Shown: positions 1-12,884, counted from the first letter of the stretch. The stretch is 32,575 nucleotides of DNA from Octopus bimaculoides (GCF_001194135.2 NC_068981.1:39747914-39780488), one strand, 5' to 3'. Notes: generated by a model not told the origin, from the sequence alone. Translations and numbers: made by a program.

Positions 1-134
1 AGGTGTGTGTACGTGAGAGTGTGCGTATATCTCTTTGTCTGAGTATGTATGTGTTGTTTTGATCGTCCTTGTGGTGTGTGTGTGTGTGAGAGCAACCGTA
101 GGTATGTGTGAGGGTGTGTACGTATGTGTGCGTA

Positions 135-202
135 TGTGTGTGACACACACATACGCACACATAACACACATACGCACACACACATACGCACACACACATA
201 CG

Positions 203-258
<56 letters not shown>
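135..258. repeat. compound (CA)n/(TA)n microsatellite
   Basis: Direct reading: imperfect CA run followed by a pure TA run. Confidence 0.95.
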
Positions 259-261
<3 letters not shown>

Positions 262-1137
262 GCAATATGTATAATTGTTGTTGATGAGTAATAAAATACA
301 CAACTGAAATCGATTTAATGAATCTGTGAAGGAGTTATATATCAACGTCTTTAGAACAAGCCAAATAAGTTTACTCATAAATTGGCCTAGTATTTTAAAA
401 ATACCGTGTACCTTCAGATTTACTGGCAGTTAGATTTAGGAATGACAGAATTGTTTATAAAATCCTGTATGTGTCCGCCTTGGTTTCGAGCCAACCAAAC
501 AGCAAAGTAAATTCAATATCATGGTTCATTGATGGGATCAAGAAAATAAGTTCATGCCATAACAAAGCAGCTTCGATGATTACAAAGTAATGAATTGTTC
601 CCAAAACAGGAAATACGACAGTGAAGTGGAAAGTAAACTAGGAACAATAATTGAAGGATGGGAAATTTTCGGTCAGACAACTGAATGAAGTTGCATGCAT
701 CGGGAAACAAAGCCTCTCTCTCTCTCTCTCTCCCTCTCTCTCTCTCTNNNNNNNNNNNNNNNNNNNNNNNNNNNNNNNNNNNNNNNNNNNNNNNNNNNNN
801 NNNNNNNNNNNNNNNNNNNNNNNNNNNNNNNNNNNNNNNNNNNNNNNNNNNNNNNNNNNNNNNNNNNNNNNNNNNNNNNNNNNNNNNNNNNNNNNNNNNN
901 NNNNNNNNNNNNNNNNNNNNNNNNNNNNNNNNNNNNNNNNNNNNNNNNNNNNNNNNNNNNNNNNNNNNNNNNNNNNNNNNNNNNNNNNNNNNNNNNNNNN
1001 NNNNNNNNNNNNNNNNNNNNNNNNNNNNNNNNNNNNNNNNNNNNNNNNNNNNNNNNNNNNNNNNNNNNNNNNNNNNNNNNNNNNNNNNNNNNNNNNNNNN
1101 NNNNNNNNNNNNNNNNNNNNNNNNNNNNNNNNNNNNN

Positions 1138-1199
<62 letters not shown>

Positions 1200-1380
1200 T
1201 GTTTGTTTGTGTTTGTGTATCATATATAGGTATGTGTGATGCGTTTGTATGTGTATACATTTAATATGTGTGTTCCTTTATCGTTTCACATGTGAAACTA
1301 ACACCTTGGAGAAAACTTGTCTCATTTGCTGTTATGTTGTTGTCGTCGTCGTCGTTGTTGTTGTTCTTGTTGCTGTTGTT

Positions 1381-1410
1381 GCTCATTCATCATATAAATG
1401 ATGAATGAGC
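1381..1410. other. perfect 13-bp inverted repeat with 4-nt loop
   Basis: gctcattcatcat-ataa-atgatgaatgagc. Confidence 0.9.
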
Positions 1411-2560
1411 TCCTTTCTGTTTGCTCAAGTTACCCCAGAGTCAAACGGAGATCGTAACAACTTCGACTCAAGACACCCGTTAATTGTAAGATAAACTATG
1501 TCCGAAGTTCCCTTCTATTCCTGTTTGGCGAGATCCCGTTGGAATTATGCTCGGCTGCTTCTTTTATTGTCTTCAATGATACAGTTCTCGTTTTCCCAGA
1601 AACTGAGGGCCGTCTTGAGATCATAGTTAGACAAACAGATTTGCTCACAGACTCCATTACACTCACATCTACGGCGAGATCTTTTTTATCTTTTATCTTT
1701 CATCAGGCGAAGTATCTAGGTAGATGCAGGTATGTACATACTTGTACGTATATATGCATATACGCATTTATTATTTGTTGTATCTGTCTATCCACATTGA
1801 TATAGACATCAACGAAAGAGAAAAAGAGGGATCGCCAGATATATCGTTAGAAATTTAAATAAAAGTGAAAAGAAGCTTAGTTAGTAAAATAGCTCTAGAA
1901 ATTATTCTTTTAGGAACACCAGCCCAAGGGTTGTGGTTATGCTGAGGCATCACTAATATCTAGATTACTTGTTTGGATGGCCATGAGTGGAAAGCCAGTC
2001 ATAGGCAAACTGCGGTCTGTCTGACTTTCTGATGGTAGGCCTAACGAAAACCTATCTTGAATTTGCTTTAAAGATACATCTCACTTGATGATGTACCATG
2101 TTGCATTCTGTCTGTTTCTCAAAACGGGGCGCCCATGCCTAGTCTACATGATCAGACGTTAACGTAGCGCTAAACCAAAACATATTCTGCTCTTTGTTTA
2201 ATCAGTCTGCCTATCCACGCACAACAGTAAACTTCGATATTCTTTGATATGTTTTGACGTATTCTTTACTGTAGCGAAATTGGACATAGCATTAAGTTTC
2301 AGCTAAATCAACACATTTGTCGATTGTTAATTATATCGAATTGTTTATAATTCTAACCTCCTGCTGTAGACTCGACCTTTAAATTCAATAGCTGAGTTTT
2401 ATTTTCCTTCATACGACGCCAACGTAACTTAGGTATCGCGACTTAAAATTAAAGTAAATGTCACTAGTTCTTAACTTGGCCTTCAAATAACAACACATAC
2501 CGACAGTCGCTGTTTCTATCAAAATCACTCTAGCTACAGAACTCACTTTCAATGCAAAAT

Positions 2561-2564
<4 letters not shown>

Positions 2565-2616
<52 letters not shown>

Positions 2617-2780
2617 ACGCAAGCACAGGCGTTCTCACTCTTTCACTCTCTCTCACTCACTTACTCTCTCTCTCTCACACACATACACAAACTTTCTCTC
2701 TCACACATACAATCTCGCTCTTACACACACACGCTCTCTTTCACACACACACGCTCTCTTTCAAACACACACACACACAC

Positions 2781-2872
<92 letters not shown>
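2565..2872. repeat. compound (CA)n/(CT)n microsatellite
   Basis: Pure CA run, mixed CA/CT stretch, then a long pure CT run. Confidence 0.95.
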
Positions 2873-2875
<3 letters not shown>

Positions 2876-3938
2876 CTCTAAAGTTTCTTCTTAAGAAGAA
2901 AAACATTTTTTCTGTATAGGTCAGATAGAAATACGTTTCAGCTAAGTTTCACTAGTTAATAATTTTTCCAATTTAAATACAATACGTGTTTATCATGTCA
3001 AGTCAGAAAGGCTTATACTTTATGTGTTGGGGATGCGACTGTTTTACTCACATGTTTTTCTGCAATATTCGGTTCTTTACAGAAATCAAGTTGGTTTACG
3101 AAGTATCAAAAAGCTCGCCGTTTCAAATCATCTTAATGTTACTTCTTCTTCCAAAGCTCTCTACTCACCAGATGAATTATTACTTCTCATTGCTTAAGGA
3201 AATTGTTAAAGGCAAATCGGCAGATAAACATTTTTTTTTCTATAATAATTCTGTTCATGTATTTGACTGTTATTTGTGCACGGAATCAGCTTTGAATCGT
3301 GAAACATTTATGGCAAAGCATCCTCATGCCATGTCTATTAACTGTACTGGCAACATTAACCTTATGAAATACTCGTCACTCAATAATCTCGGAGGAACTA
3401 TAATTAACCTCTATCTGATTTGACTTACAACGTGTTGGCCAACAGCTCTTTGATGTAAAATATCTCAAACCATTTTAAATAAAGAATTCTCAGTGAATAG
3501 TGTCAAAATTTTTAACATATTCGAAAGTTAATTGTTTCAGAAATCTGCAACAAAATGAACTTAGCTCTCAATAACTTTTCATCGTATTGTATGTTGTTTG
3601 TAACAATACCTAGAATGTTTCCATCAACGAACAGGAAAGCATCATTATAGAACAACGATAGACCATCACATAGCCTGTAACCAGAGCAACACACATATGC
3701 ACAATCGATCGCATTTAGACGCATGGACATACATACAACTAAATACGAGGATGCCCAAATCTTTATACAAAACAATGTTTGATTACTCACATACACATAT
3801 ATGCATAAAGATACATACTCGTACTGATCTACACACGCACACAAACACATATAGATACATACATAAGCATGCACGCATGCATACACACACATACATGCAT
3901 ACATACATACATACATACACACATACATAGATGGACTT

Positions 3939-5367
3939 AGTACCTAGGCGCAGACGAAAATGTATCATATGAAGGCACTGTGAATAAAGATAGAGTGACC
4001 CGAGAATATTACATCAGACTTAGGAAAATATGGCAGTCGGAACAACACAACAGTATGCATTTTCTGTACCAGTGCTGATCCCAACATTTGGGATACTTGA
4101 TTGGACTGTAGTGGAAATCCACTCCATATATATCAAAACCCGCGAAATCCTTACAACAACTGGGAACTTACACAGAAACAATGATGTTGACAGGCTCTAC
4201 CTAAAAAGAAATGAAGGCGGCAGGGGCCTGAGATCAGTGTAGACGGCATTCGAATGCCGTATGGTATCACTCAGGCATTCAGTGATAAACAACAATAACA
4301 AAAATAAATATATAAATGGTGTACTGAAAATGAAGTGAGCAACATTGTACGAATTGACAGTGAACTGCTCAAGAAACACTCACTCCCTGATGATCTCCTA
4401 TACAGCCCCAAAACAGCTGGGCTCTCTTACCTCAGAGAAGTCCTGGATGGAAAGCACTTAGCATACAAAAGAAAAAGACTATGCATGGGTATATTGTCCG
4501 GAAGCTTGAAGAAGACAGTAAAATTGATACGAAGCGAGGCTCTCCTGGAAACAAGACAACTACATCAAATCACACTTTGAAGGCTATGCGTTTGCAATCC
4601 AGAAACAGAAGATTGCCACAAAGTACCTGATGAACAAGAGAGACAGTGACGCTCTTGTAATCCCAAGATGCAACTACATGAGTAGGCTATGTCATGTTTC
4701 TTTGGAAGACATCACAAATGTGATTAGTAACTGTCCTAAAATGTTGTCACGGTACTACCTCCTTATGCGGCACGATGTTGTTGCTAAAACAATTTACAAT
4801 GTTATCTGCAAAAAAGACTGTCTTGAAATAAACTTAGAAAATCCCTCTGTTATGAAATACATTCATAAACACAACTCAAGGAATACTGGTGGAATATTCC
4901 CATCAAAACTTCTGTCAAATGTAAACATAACGGGCCGGATATTGTTGTTTGGGACAAAGGAAAAGAGGTATGTACCATCATAGAGATCAGCTGACCTTCA
5001 TATATAAATATCTCTTTGAAAATCAAAGAAAAAGTGGGTATCTATGGACAGCTGCTTCAAAACCTCCAGCTTCTATATCCAGACTATGAATTCATATTCA
5101 TACCAATAATAATTGAAGTACTAGGTTTTGTTAGTAAATGCTTAAAAGACAATTTGAATAAACTGGGATTTTCAGAAAGAGAAATCGAGCGGCTGATTCG
5201 TACATTACAAGTGCAATCTGTGATTGGAAGAGTAAAAATATGCAAGACTTTTCTCAAGTTCCAAATGTGAATTTGTCTGTGTTAACTACATCCTAAAGAT
5301 GGAGCCTTGTATCTTTGTTGGAAACCGGTTCCCTCTTCAGTGGAAGATTTATAATAATTAAATAATA
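3939..5367 (+). mobile_element. 5'-truncated, decayed R4/Dong-like non-LTR retrotransposon (RT end, Zn-knuckle, restriction-like endonuclease, 3' UTR)
   Basis: Across frameshifts: YLGADEN..EYYIRLRKIWQSE, VPVLIPTFGILDWT, DVDRLYLKRNEGGRGL, RLCHVSLEDITNVISNCP..RHDVVAK, EYWWNIPIK..HNGPDIVVWD..IIEIS*P..KIKEK. ORF ends ..KTFLKFQM* at 5270; short TAA-like tail at 5351-5367. Confidence 0.92.
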
Positions 5368-5620
5368 GAAGACACATTCATACATACTGGAGGCTTTGAT
5401 ACAAATACACCTTTCACAAAACATAGATGCCATAACTGCACTTTAAATTACATGCATTAAGGAAACTCCAAGCTGTGTTGCATGAAGAAGTTGGCCATAT
5501 GGAATTTGTCCGGTCCAATATTGAACTTCAAACGCGTACTGATAGCTTTTTGTATGTGTAGGCTTAAAGATTTATAGAAAAAAAAAACATCAAAAAAAAC
5601 GAAGGACGATATTTATTCCC

Positions 5621-5810
5621 GAGCTGGCAGTCTCACCAGAACACCACAAAATACTTAGCGGCTTTTTCGTCCGTCTTTACGTTCTGAGCTTAAATTCCAA
5701 CAAGGTCGACTTGGTCTATCAAATAAGGATCAGTTAATCACTGGAGTAGATGTCATCGACTTGTGCCTCTCCCAAAACTTTAAGCCTATGCTTATAAAAG
5801 AAAGGATATT
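5621..5810 (+). mobile_element. degenerate tRNA-derived SINE (octopus-type)
   Basis: gagctggcag head, degenerate B-box gagcttaaattcc, gtcgactt..actggagtagatgtcatcgact body; aligns by eye with copies at 9480-9626 and 25809-25980. Confidence 0.7.
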
Positions 5811-6340
5811 TTCCCGTTATTTCTTAGTAATTCCTACTTAAATTCTTTTTACTCCTATGCACGAAATTATATAAAGTCGTACTATTTTAGTTTTATATTC
5901 GCATACCAATATACTTTGTAAATACAGCCAGTGGTATAAATTTGTGAGCATTCATGTATTTCGATTCCAGTTTTCTGTAATTTTGAATTTTGTATTTTTG
6001 TATTTTTTTTATTTTTCGATATTTGCATTTTTGTATTTTGTAAATTTGTATATCTCGTCTTCATGCACTGGTGCACATCCTCATGCAATTTATATATCCA
6101 TGAATAGAGATATACATTTGCATACATTTGTATAAATTTGCATGCATGTTTACGTGCCTGCATGTGATTTTACAAGCACATCATCAGGAAATATGGTCAG
6201 ATATAAAGCATGCTCGTACGCATGCCTATGTATGTGTGTACGGATATGTGTGTGATTATATGCAGAGATTGTTTAGATGAGCATGAATGAATATATGTAG
6301 GCATACATATATAACAGACATATATTTAACACACACACAC

Positions 6341-6383
<43 letters not shown>

Positions 6384-7155
6384 TATACATACATGCATAT
6401 ATATATGTATGTGTGTGTCCGTATTTCTGTGTGTATGTATGCGTGTGTGTATGTATCATAATTAGGCATATATATAAATATGTGGATGCGTGTGTACGCA
6501 CAAGCACAATTGCGCAAACATGGCTTTGCATGCTGTGTGCAACTCTGTATTAAGTTGCGCGTGAGTGTATATGTGTGCGAAGTTATTTCTGCACCAGAAC
6601 GCGCATACCTACCGAATATGAACATACACCACGTGAAATTCCCAACAGTTGACATATATCTGATATGCTTCGACTCTCGTTATAAATTTTTTTAGCTTAG
6701 ATAACAGACAATACACAATATAAGCTATGTATTTATTCACAATGAAAAACAGTCATACCACATATCCAGAATTAAAACTATTGTATCACAGATTCTTTAA
6801 ACATCTTTCATTCACTTATCACTAGTTTTCATATATTTGCACATAGATAAATTCACCCCATGGCCCTTCAAGTCCTTCGTAGAATTGTTCATATGAATTT
6901 GTAAAAAATATATTTATTCAAAAGTTCACCCTAAACAGATTTGTTCTATAGACTTGTTCTTATACATTTTTATACATTGTTATAGGTATATATAACTTAA
7001 TATAGTTAGGTACGGTTAAATAAATATTATTCAAATCTACCCAACTGTAATGGATACGTTCATTCGCTTAAATACGTTTCCGCATCAATGTCCCATCAAC
7101 AACTATTGTACACACATAAACACATAAGCACACACATATAAAATTATAAGTGTAA

Positions 7156-7202
<47 letters not shown>

Positions 7203-7513
7203 TGTGTGTGTGTATGTATATGTGTATGTATGTATGTATGTATGTATGTATACGTGTGTATATCGCTTACGTAAATACAGATATGAAAGTCATAACAATG
7301 TAATACTCAATGCAAGGGGGAGAACGTTAATCGTGATTATAACAGATGGCATACTATGTGAAATTTGAATCAGATGTGTGGCGCCAGCTCTTGTATAAGT
7401 GTGCGTTTGTGTGTGAGTGTGTGTGTATGTATGAGTGTATACACATATTTAAAAATAACTATATACATATTTACACACACACATATATATATATATATTT
7501 ATACATATATATA

Positions 7514-8614
7514 CAGGGTCTTGCAGATAAAGTGAGAGCAATTTTAAGCAGTTAACTTGGTGGGTTTAATATCTCATCTTTTGGCAAAACCTTGCTTGGT
7601 TGAAAATCTTATCCTCCGCTTTATTTTTTAGGTAAGTTGCGAACTGATTCGACAACAGAAAGTCATGGAACAGCACAAGACTCGAAGTGGTTCCAAGTGC
7701 AATCCAAAGTTTCTCGCTAGCCTCAAACGCTTGATTGGAGCCAACCCATCCGCATCCATGACAAATCGTGCAAAGAAACACAATGTGTCCATTTCCATGG
7801 TGTCAAGAGCTGTGAACAGGAATCTTGGTCTGACTAGCTCTGTTCGATGCCGCCGTCTCCTCCTAACAGCCAAGGCCAAAGCAATCAGAGCCGTGAGATG
7901 TCCAAAGCTTCTGTCATTCATCAAGCATCAAGGTGCAAGAAGTTCGCTGTGGGCGCTGAGGTGAATTGCAGAAATTCTCGAATGATTGCATACAACTCTT
8001 CTAACGTCGCCTCTGTGTTTGAGACTAAGAATCCTCCCTCTATGATGCCATTTGGAGCCGTGGCGAGTGAGGGAAGTGTCATGGGTCCACACCTCATTGA
8101 ATCTGCCTTGAAGATTGGCACAAAGGAGTATCTGAACATCCTGAAGGATTCTCTGTTACTTTGGATGGAGAAGAAGTTTGGTCTAGACAGACAATGCGGT
8201 GCTTATCCAGGATTCTGATCCATGCCATCAGTCAGAGGCAACACAGACCTTCTTTGGTGAGAGGGTGTCATTTTTTGTTAGGGCCAACATCTGGTCCAGT
8301 AATAGCCCGAATCTCGACCTTCTCGATTATTTTTTATGGTGCGTACTTCAAGCAAGGACCAATGTTTCACCACATCCGGTGTCAACAGTTTGAGGACCTG
8401 TATCGTACGTGCGACACGCAACATCAAAAAGGTGGAGGTTGCGGTAGTTGCCAAAAAGTTTCGTTCTCGTTTGGAGGTATTTCTGCCCAAAAGGGCGGCC
8501 ATATTGCGTGATAGATGTTTTTTGTTGTAATAAATGTTATATTAAAATTATATCTGCCTGCTACCCTAATTTTAGTATTTATAAAAATTGTCTCAGTCGA
8601 TCTGCAACACCCTG
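7514..8614 (+). mobile_element. Tc1/mariner DD37D (maT-type) transposon, both ends intact, transposase defective
   Basis: TA-flanked imperfect TIRs (cagggtcttgcagata.. / ..atctgcaacaccctg). QD at 8211 and LDLLD-Y at 8325 are separated by exactly 37 residues; WSSNSPNL resembles WPPNSPDL; HTH-like segment AKKHNVSISMVSRAV; several frameshifts. Confidence 0.9.
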
Positions 8615-8989
8615 TACATATGCTTACACATATACACGCACAGACACACAGATGCAGTCGCACAGACGCATGCATGTACACACATACACACGCATAATAT
8701 TCAAAATAACAACGCTTAGATATAACGAAAAGATTGTCTCACTGCAAAGATTCATATCTAAATTAACAATATATTTCAAAAATGTTGAACGGACTTTCGA
8801 AAATACGAATATATAGTATTAAAGATATTTAGATGATCACATACACATTATATCCTGTCCAAACACAGCACCCAAAATAGTTAATATCTTTCCCGTCATA
8901 TTAGTATGCGATTAAATGCTGTCTTAAAGAAATAAACAGTTCATTTACGATTGAGGAAAGATAGCCAGATGAAATACAGAAAAGACTAA

Positions 8990-9478
8990 AAAATTCTTAT
9001 AATGATGGCTTCAAGTTCAGTCTCCCTGCGCGGCAACTTGTGCATTTATCTTCCAATATAACCCTGGTTCCACCCAAGGAGTGAATTTGGTATACAGAAA
9101 TTGTGTGCAAGCTTCTTATGCGTGTGTGTGTGGGGGGTGCTTATATTTGTGTTTGTCTTGTCACCCATACGATCGCTTGACAACTCGTATTGGTTTGTTT
9201 ATGTAACCCTCACTTACCAGTTCAACAACAGAGTCAGATAGAGCAGTGCTCCGCAACCGGTATGCCGCAGCACACTGGTGTGCCACGAGATGATGCTAGT
9301 TGTGCCGCATTGTGACCTGAGTATATATTTTTAGCTATATTTTTAGCTATAATTTTAGTTCAGGTATGCCACCGAATTTTAAAGAAAATATAGGTGTACC
9401 GCAACTGAAAAAAGGTTGTTGATCACTGAGATAGAGTAACAGCATACTTAAAAATAAGTACTGCGGTCAGTTACGTCA
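8990..9478 (+). mobile_element. decayed tRNA-derived SINE with central GT tract, interrupted by a hAT MITE
   Basis: gttcagtctccctgcgcggcaacttg head and gcttgacaac..ttggtttgtttatg..aataagtactg body; same family as the minus-strand pieces at 29452-29618 and 31088-31300. 5' boundary approximate. Confidence 0.65.
9244..9428. mobile_element. hAT-superfamily MITE (185 bp)
   Basis: Exact 8-bp TSD agatagag (9236-9243, 9429-9436); 15-bp imperfect TIRs cagtgctccgcaacc / ggttgttgatcactg (12/15). Confidence 0.9.
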
Positions 9479-9479
9479 A

Positions 9480-9626
9480 CCCTAGTACTATATTTTATGG
9501 ATTCCGAAAGAATAAAATATGAAGTTTACATTAGTAGGACTTAAACTTAAAACGTAAAGAGTCGGAAGGAATGCTGCAGAACACTAGGCCAAACACTCTA
9601 ACAATTTTGCCAACCTACCACCCCTT
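9480..9626 (-). mobile_element. degenerate tRNA-derived SINE
   Basis: Reverse complement reads aaggggtggtaggttggcaaaattgttag..ctctttacgttttaagtttaagtcc, matching the 5621 and 25809 copies. Confidence 0.6.
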
Positions 9627-9920
9627 AACTCGCTACATGGTAAAAATTACTGTTATTCTCAAATTCGCCATTTTTTTTTTCTGCACTCTATTGTAAAACT
9701 TCGTTTTCTTTTTACAACGAATGAAACTAGAGAAATTCTAGAATTTTCAGTTTCAAATTACTTTCCGTTGATGACATAAGCGATATCAGTTAGCTCTGTT
9801 GCTATATCATGAGTGAAAATATGCTGTCTGTGTCCGAACAAAGTATCAATATGATGTGTATGTGTATCCATCTGCATAAGTATAACTATGACGACCGTCC
9901 ATTCGATTTTAGTTCATCAC

Positions 9921-10288
<368 letters not shown>

Positions 10289-10530
10289 AGTATGTGTGAA
10301 GATATAATACAATTAAAAGATATATGAATGAATGAACAGCGTTAGTAATAAACAATACTTCCCATTTTATTATTAAATTGCAGTCGGATTACACACATTA
10401 GAATACTTTCTCTGAGATTAATGTATTATCACAATATCATGTAAACAAAATTGTAAATGGGTAAATGGTGTAGACTAAAGTAAAAATTAATAGAATATGG
10501 CAACATCAATAAGACATCTGCTCCTATAAC

Positions 10531-10609
<79 letters not shown>

Positions 10610-10612
10610 TGA

Positions 10613-10646
<34 letters not shown>

Positions 10647-10693
10647 GGTAGTGGTGGTGGTGGTGGTGGTGGTGGGGATGATGATGATGATGA
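10531..10693. repeat. compound trinucleotide microsatellite (AAT)n-(GAT)n-(GGT)n-(GAT)n
   Basis: Direct reading. Confidence 0.95.
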
Positions 10694-11446
10694 TTTAATA
10701 ACAATAGTAATCAAAAACTGTACTTCGATTGGCACAAGTTTGAAAGTAAAACAGAGGAAAATCACCGAAGTTGACATGATAATCCCAAAGGTTTCTTTAT
10801 TTAATAAAGTAGACATTTTGGTAGATATTTTCGGGGATGATGGATATCAAATACTCATAAAAATATTAAAGCAGACGTCATAAAAAGTTCACTTGATTCC
10901 GTAGACACTTAACGCACACGCATCAACTTTGTTGTATCAGCAATAAGTCATTCCAGATAAATCTTAAAATGAACTAGAATATTATGGTACCAAATATTCC
11001 TTCATAGCAACTCGTTTGAAAAAAAAAATGAATAGACACATGTGTATACGCGCGTGCATTTGCCAGTGTACATAAGTGATTTTGTGTATTTAAATGCGTA
11101 CGTATGTGTGTTTACATCCATATGTACGCATATATATATATATGTATATATTATAAATGATCGTGTGGACAAGCATGCAATGTGGCAGGTGTTGTGATTG
11201 TATGAAGTAGATGGTAGATTGTTGAGAGCTGTTCAGAGTTTCTATAGACAAAGTAGGGCGTGCGTTAGGGTGCGTGGTGAAGTAAGTGGGTGGTATCGTG
11301 TGAAGGTGGGGCTAAGACAGGGTTGTGTGATGTCTCCGTGGCTGTTTAATGGATGGTGTGGTGAGAGAGGTAAATGCTAAAACCTTTGGTAGGGGATACC
11401 AAATAGCGGGAGAAAATGGAGAGAAGTTGCAGGTGAGTTAGTTGTT

Positions 11447-11576
11447 CAGTTCTATATTTGAGAGATGAGGAATTTTGTACATTATTTACATTCGACGGAT
11501 ATTTGTCATCATCTTGTTTGTTGTTAACACGACGTTTCGGTTGATATACCCTCCAGCCTTCATCAGTGTGAATAAT
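11447..11576 (-). mobile_element. solo 130-bp hammerhead-bearing unit (family A, Penelope pLTR-like)
   Basis: Exact 14-bp TSD gtgagttagttgtt (11433-11446, 11577-11590) inside the RTE RT; sequence matches the arm at 23037-23166. Confidence 0.88.
11526..11570 (-). ncRNA. minimal type-I hammerhead ribozyme motif, family A copy 1
   Basis: Minus strand: caca-CTGATGA-a-ggctg-gagggtatat-caacc-GAAA-C-GTC-gtgtt. Core and GUC triplet intact; one stem II mismatch; stem I register shifted by a 1-nt deletion. Confidence 0.75.
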
Positions 11577-12556
11577 GTGAGTTAGTTGTTGTTTGCTGAT
11601 GACACAGCACTGGTGGCGGATTCGGAAGAGCAATTGAGAAGACTGGTGGTAGAGTTTGGAAGCGTGTGTGAGAGAAGGAAAGTGAAAGTGAATGTAGCTA
11701 AGATGTGAGTATAAATAGTGAGATGTTAGAGGAGGTGAGTGTTTTTAAGTATCTGAGATCACATGTGATAGCGGATGGGGGTGGCTATGGAAGTGGGATA
11801 CAGAGTGAGGGAGGAGAGTAAGATACTTGGAGTTGTGAAAAGTATGCTGAGAGATAAAAGGTTGAATATGAAAGCGAAAAGAGGCGTGTATGAGGGTGTG
11901 ATTCTGCCGACAATATTATATGATGCAGAGACGTGGGGGCCAAGAGAGGCGGAAATTAGACGACTAGATGTGTTTTGAGTTGAGATGTCTGAAGGCTATG
12001 GTTGATGAGACACGGATGAACAGGATGAAGAATGATGAGGTGCGAAGACAAGCAGGAATGAGAGAAAAACTAACAACCAAAATGGATAGACGAATGTTGA
12101 GGCGGTTTGGCCACATGGAGAAGATGCTTGAGAAGTGGATGGTGAGGAGGGTGATGAAGGCAGAAGTGGTAAACAGCAGAACCAGAGGCAGATATCGGTT
12201 TGTGTGGATAAATGGAGTGAGGAAAGCTTTGGTGGCTAGAGGTGAGAGAAGCAAGAGAGTTTGGTGGCTAGAAGTGAGAGAGGCAAGAGAGTTTATAAAT
12301 GATAGAAAAGCTTGGAGAGTGTTCGTGGATATATGAGTGAATTTGATGTTGCTCATAGGGGTACAGAACCAGCATGATGCGGCGGGTGTAAACTAGCATA
12401 TGCTGTATGGTCCCGCTGCTGATATTGGGGGTTGTGCTCTATGCTTTGACCCGACCATAGAACGGGGCTCGCCTCTTTCAGCAAGGAAATTAATGGAATG
12501 CTTGGTATGTTTCTTGTTGTGGTTACACCCCCTAAAAAATGGAGAATAGGCCTGGG

Positions 12557-12617
<61 letters not shown>

Positions 12618-12884
12618 NNNNNNNNNNNNNNNNNNNNNNNNNNNNNNNNNNNNNNNNNNNNNNNNNNNNNNNNNNNNNNNNNNNNNNNNNNNNNNNNNNN
12701 NNNNNNNNNNNNNNNNNNNNNNNNNNNNNNNNNNNNNNNNNNNNNNNNNNNNNNNNNNNNNNNNNNNNNNNNNNNNNNNNNNNNNNNNNNNNNNNNNNNN
12801 NNNNNNNNNNNNNNNNNNNNNNNNNNNNNNNNNNNNNNNNNNNNNNNNNNNNNNNNNNNNNNNNNNNNNNNNNNNNNNNNNNNN

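Larger units (their letters stand above)
11157..12560 (+). mobile_element. 5'-truncated, decayed RTE-clade LINE (RT to 3' UTR), split by a 130-bp insertion
   Basis: DRVD..YEVDGRLLRAVQSFY..VGLRQGCVMSPWLFN..LLFADDTALVADSEEQL..FKYL..ILPTILYDAETWG..LRRFGHMEKM..RTRGR..DRKAWRVFVDI*; stops and frameshifts; 3' boundary approximate. Confidence 0.92.

Noticed and set aside
2986-3690. 145-aa plus ORF and a possible minus-strand exon (LCDGLSLFYNDAFLFVDGNIL)
   Set aside because: No recognisable domain, weak donor site and no neighbouring exons to build a model
5285-5335. Hammerhead-like GAAACCGGTT in the R4 3' UTR
   Set aside because: Upstream core reads CTAAAGA, and neither stem I nor stem II can be paired
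6145-6190. CTGATGA on the minus strand followed by a tgtg/caca stem
   Set aside because: No GAAA after the stem and no stem III or cleavage triplet
10700-10816. Hydrophobic minus ORF (MSTLLNKETFGIIMSTSVIFLCF..)
   Set aside because: Runs straight into the trinucleotide tract, has a stop just upstream and resembles no family I recognise
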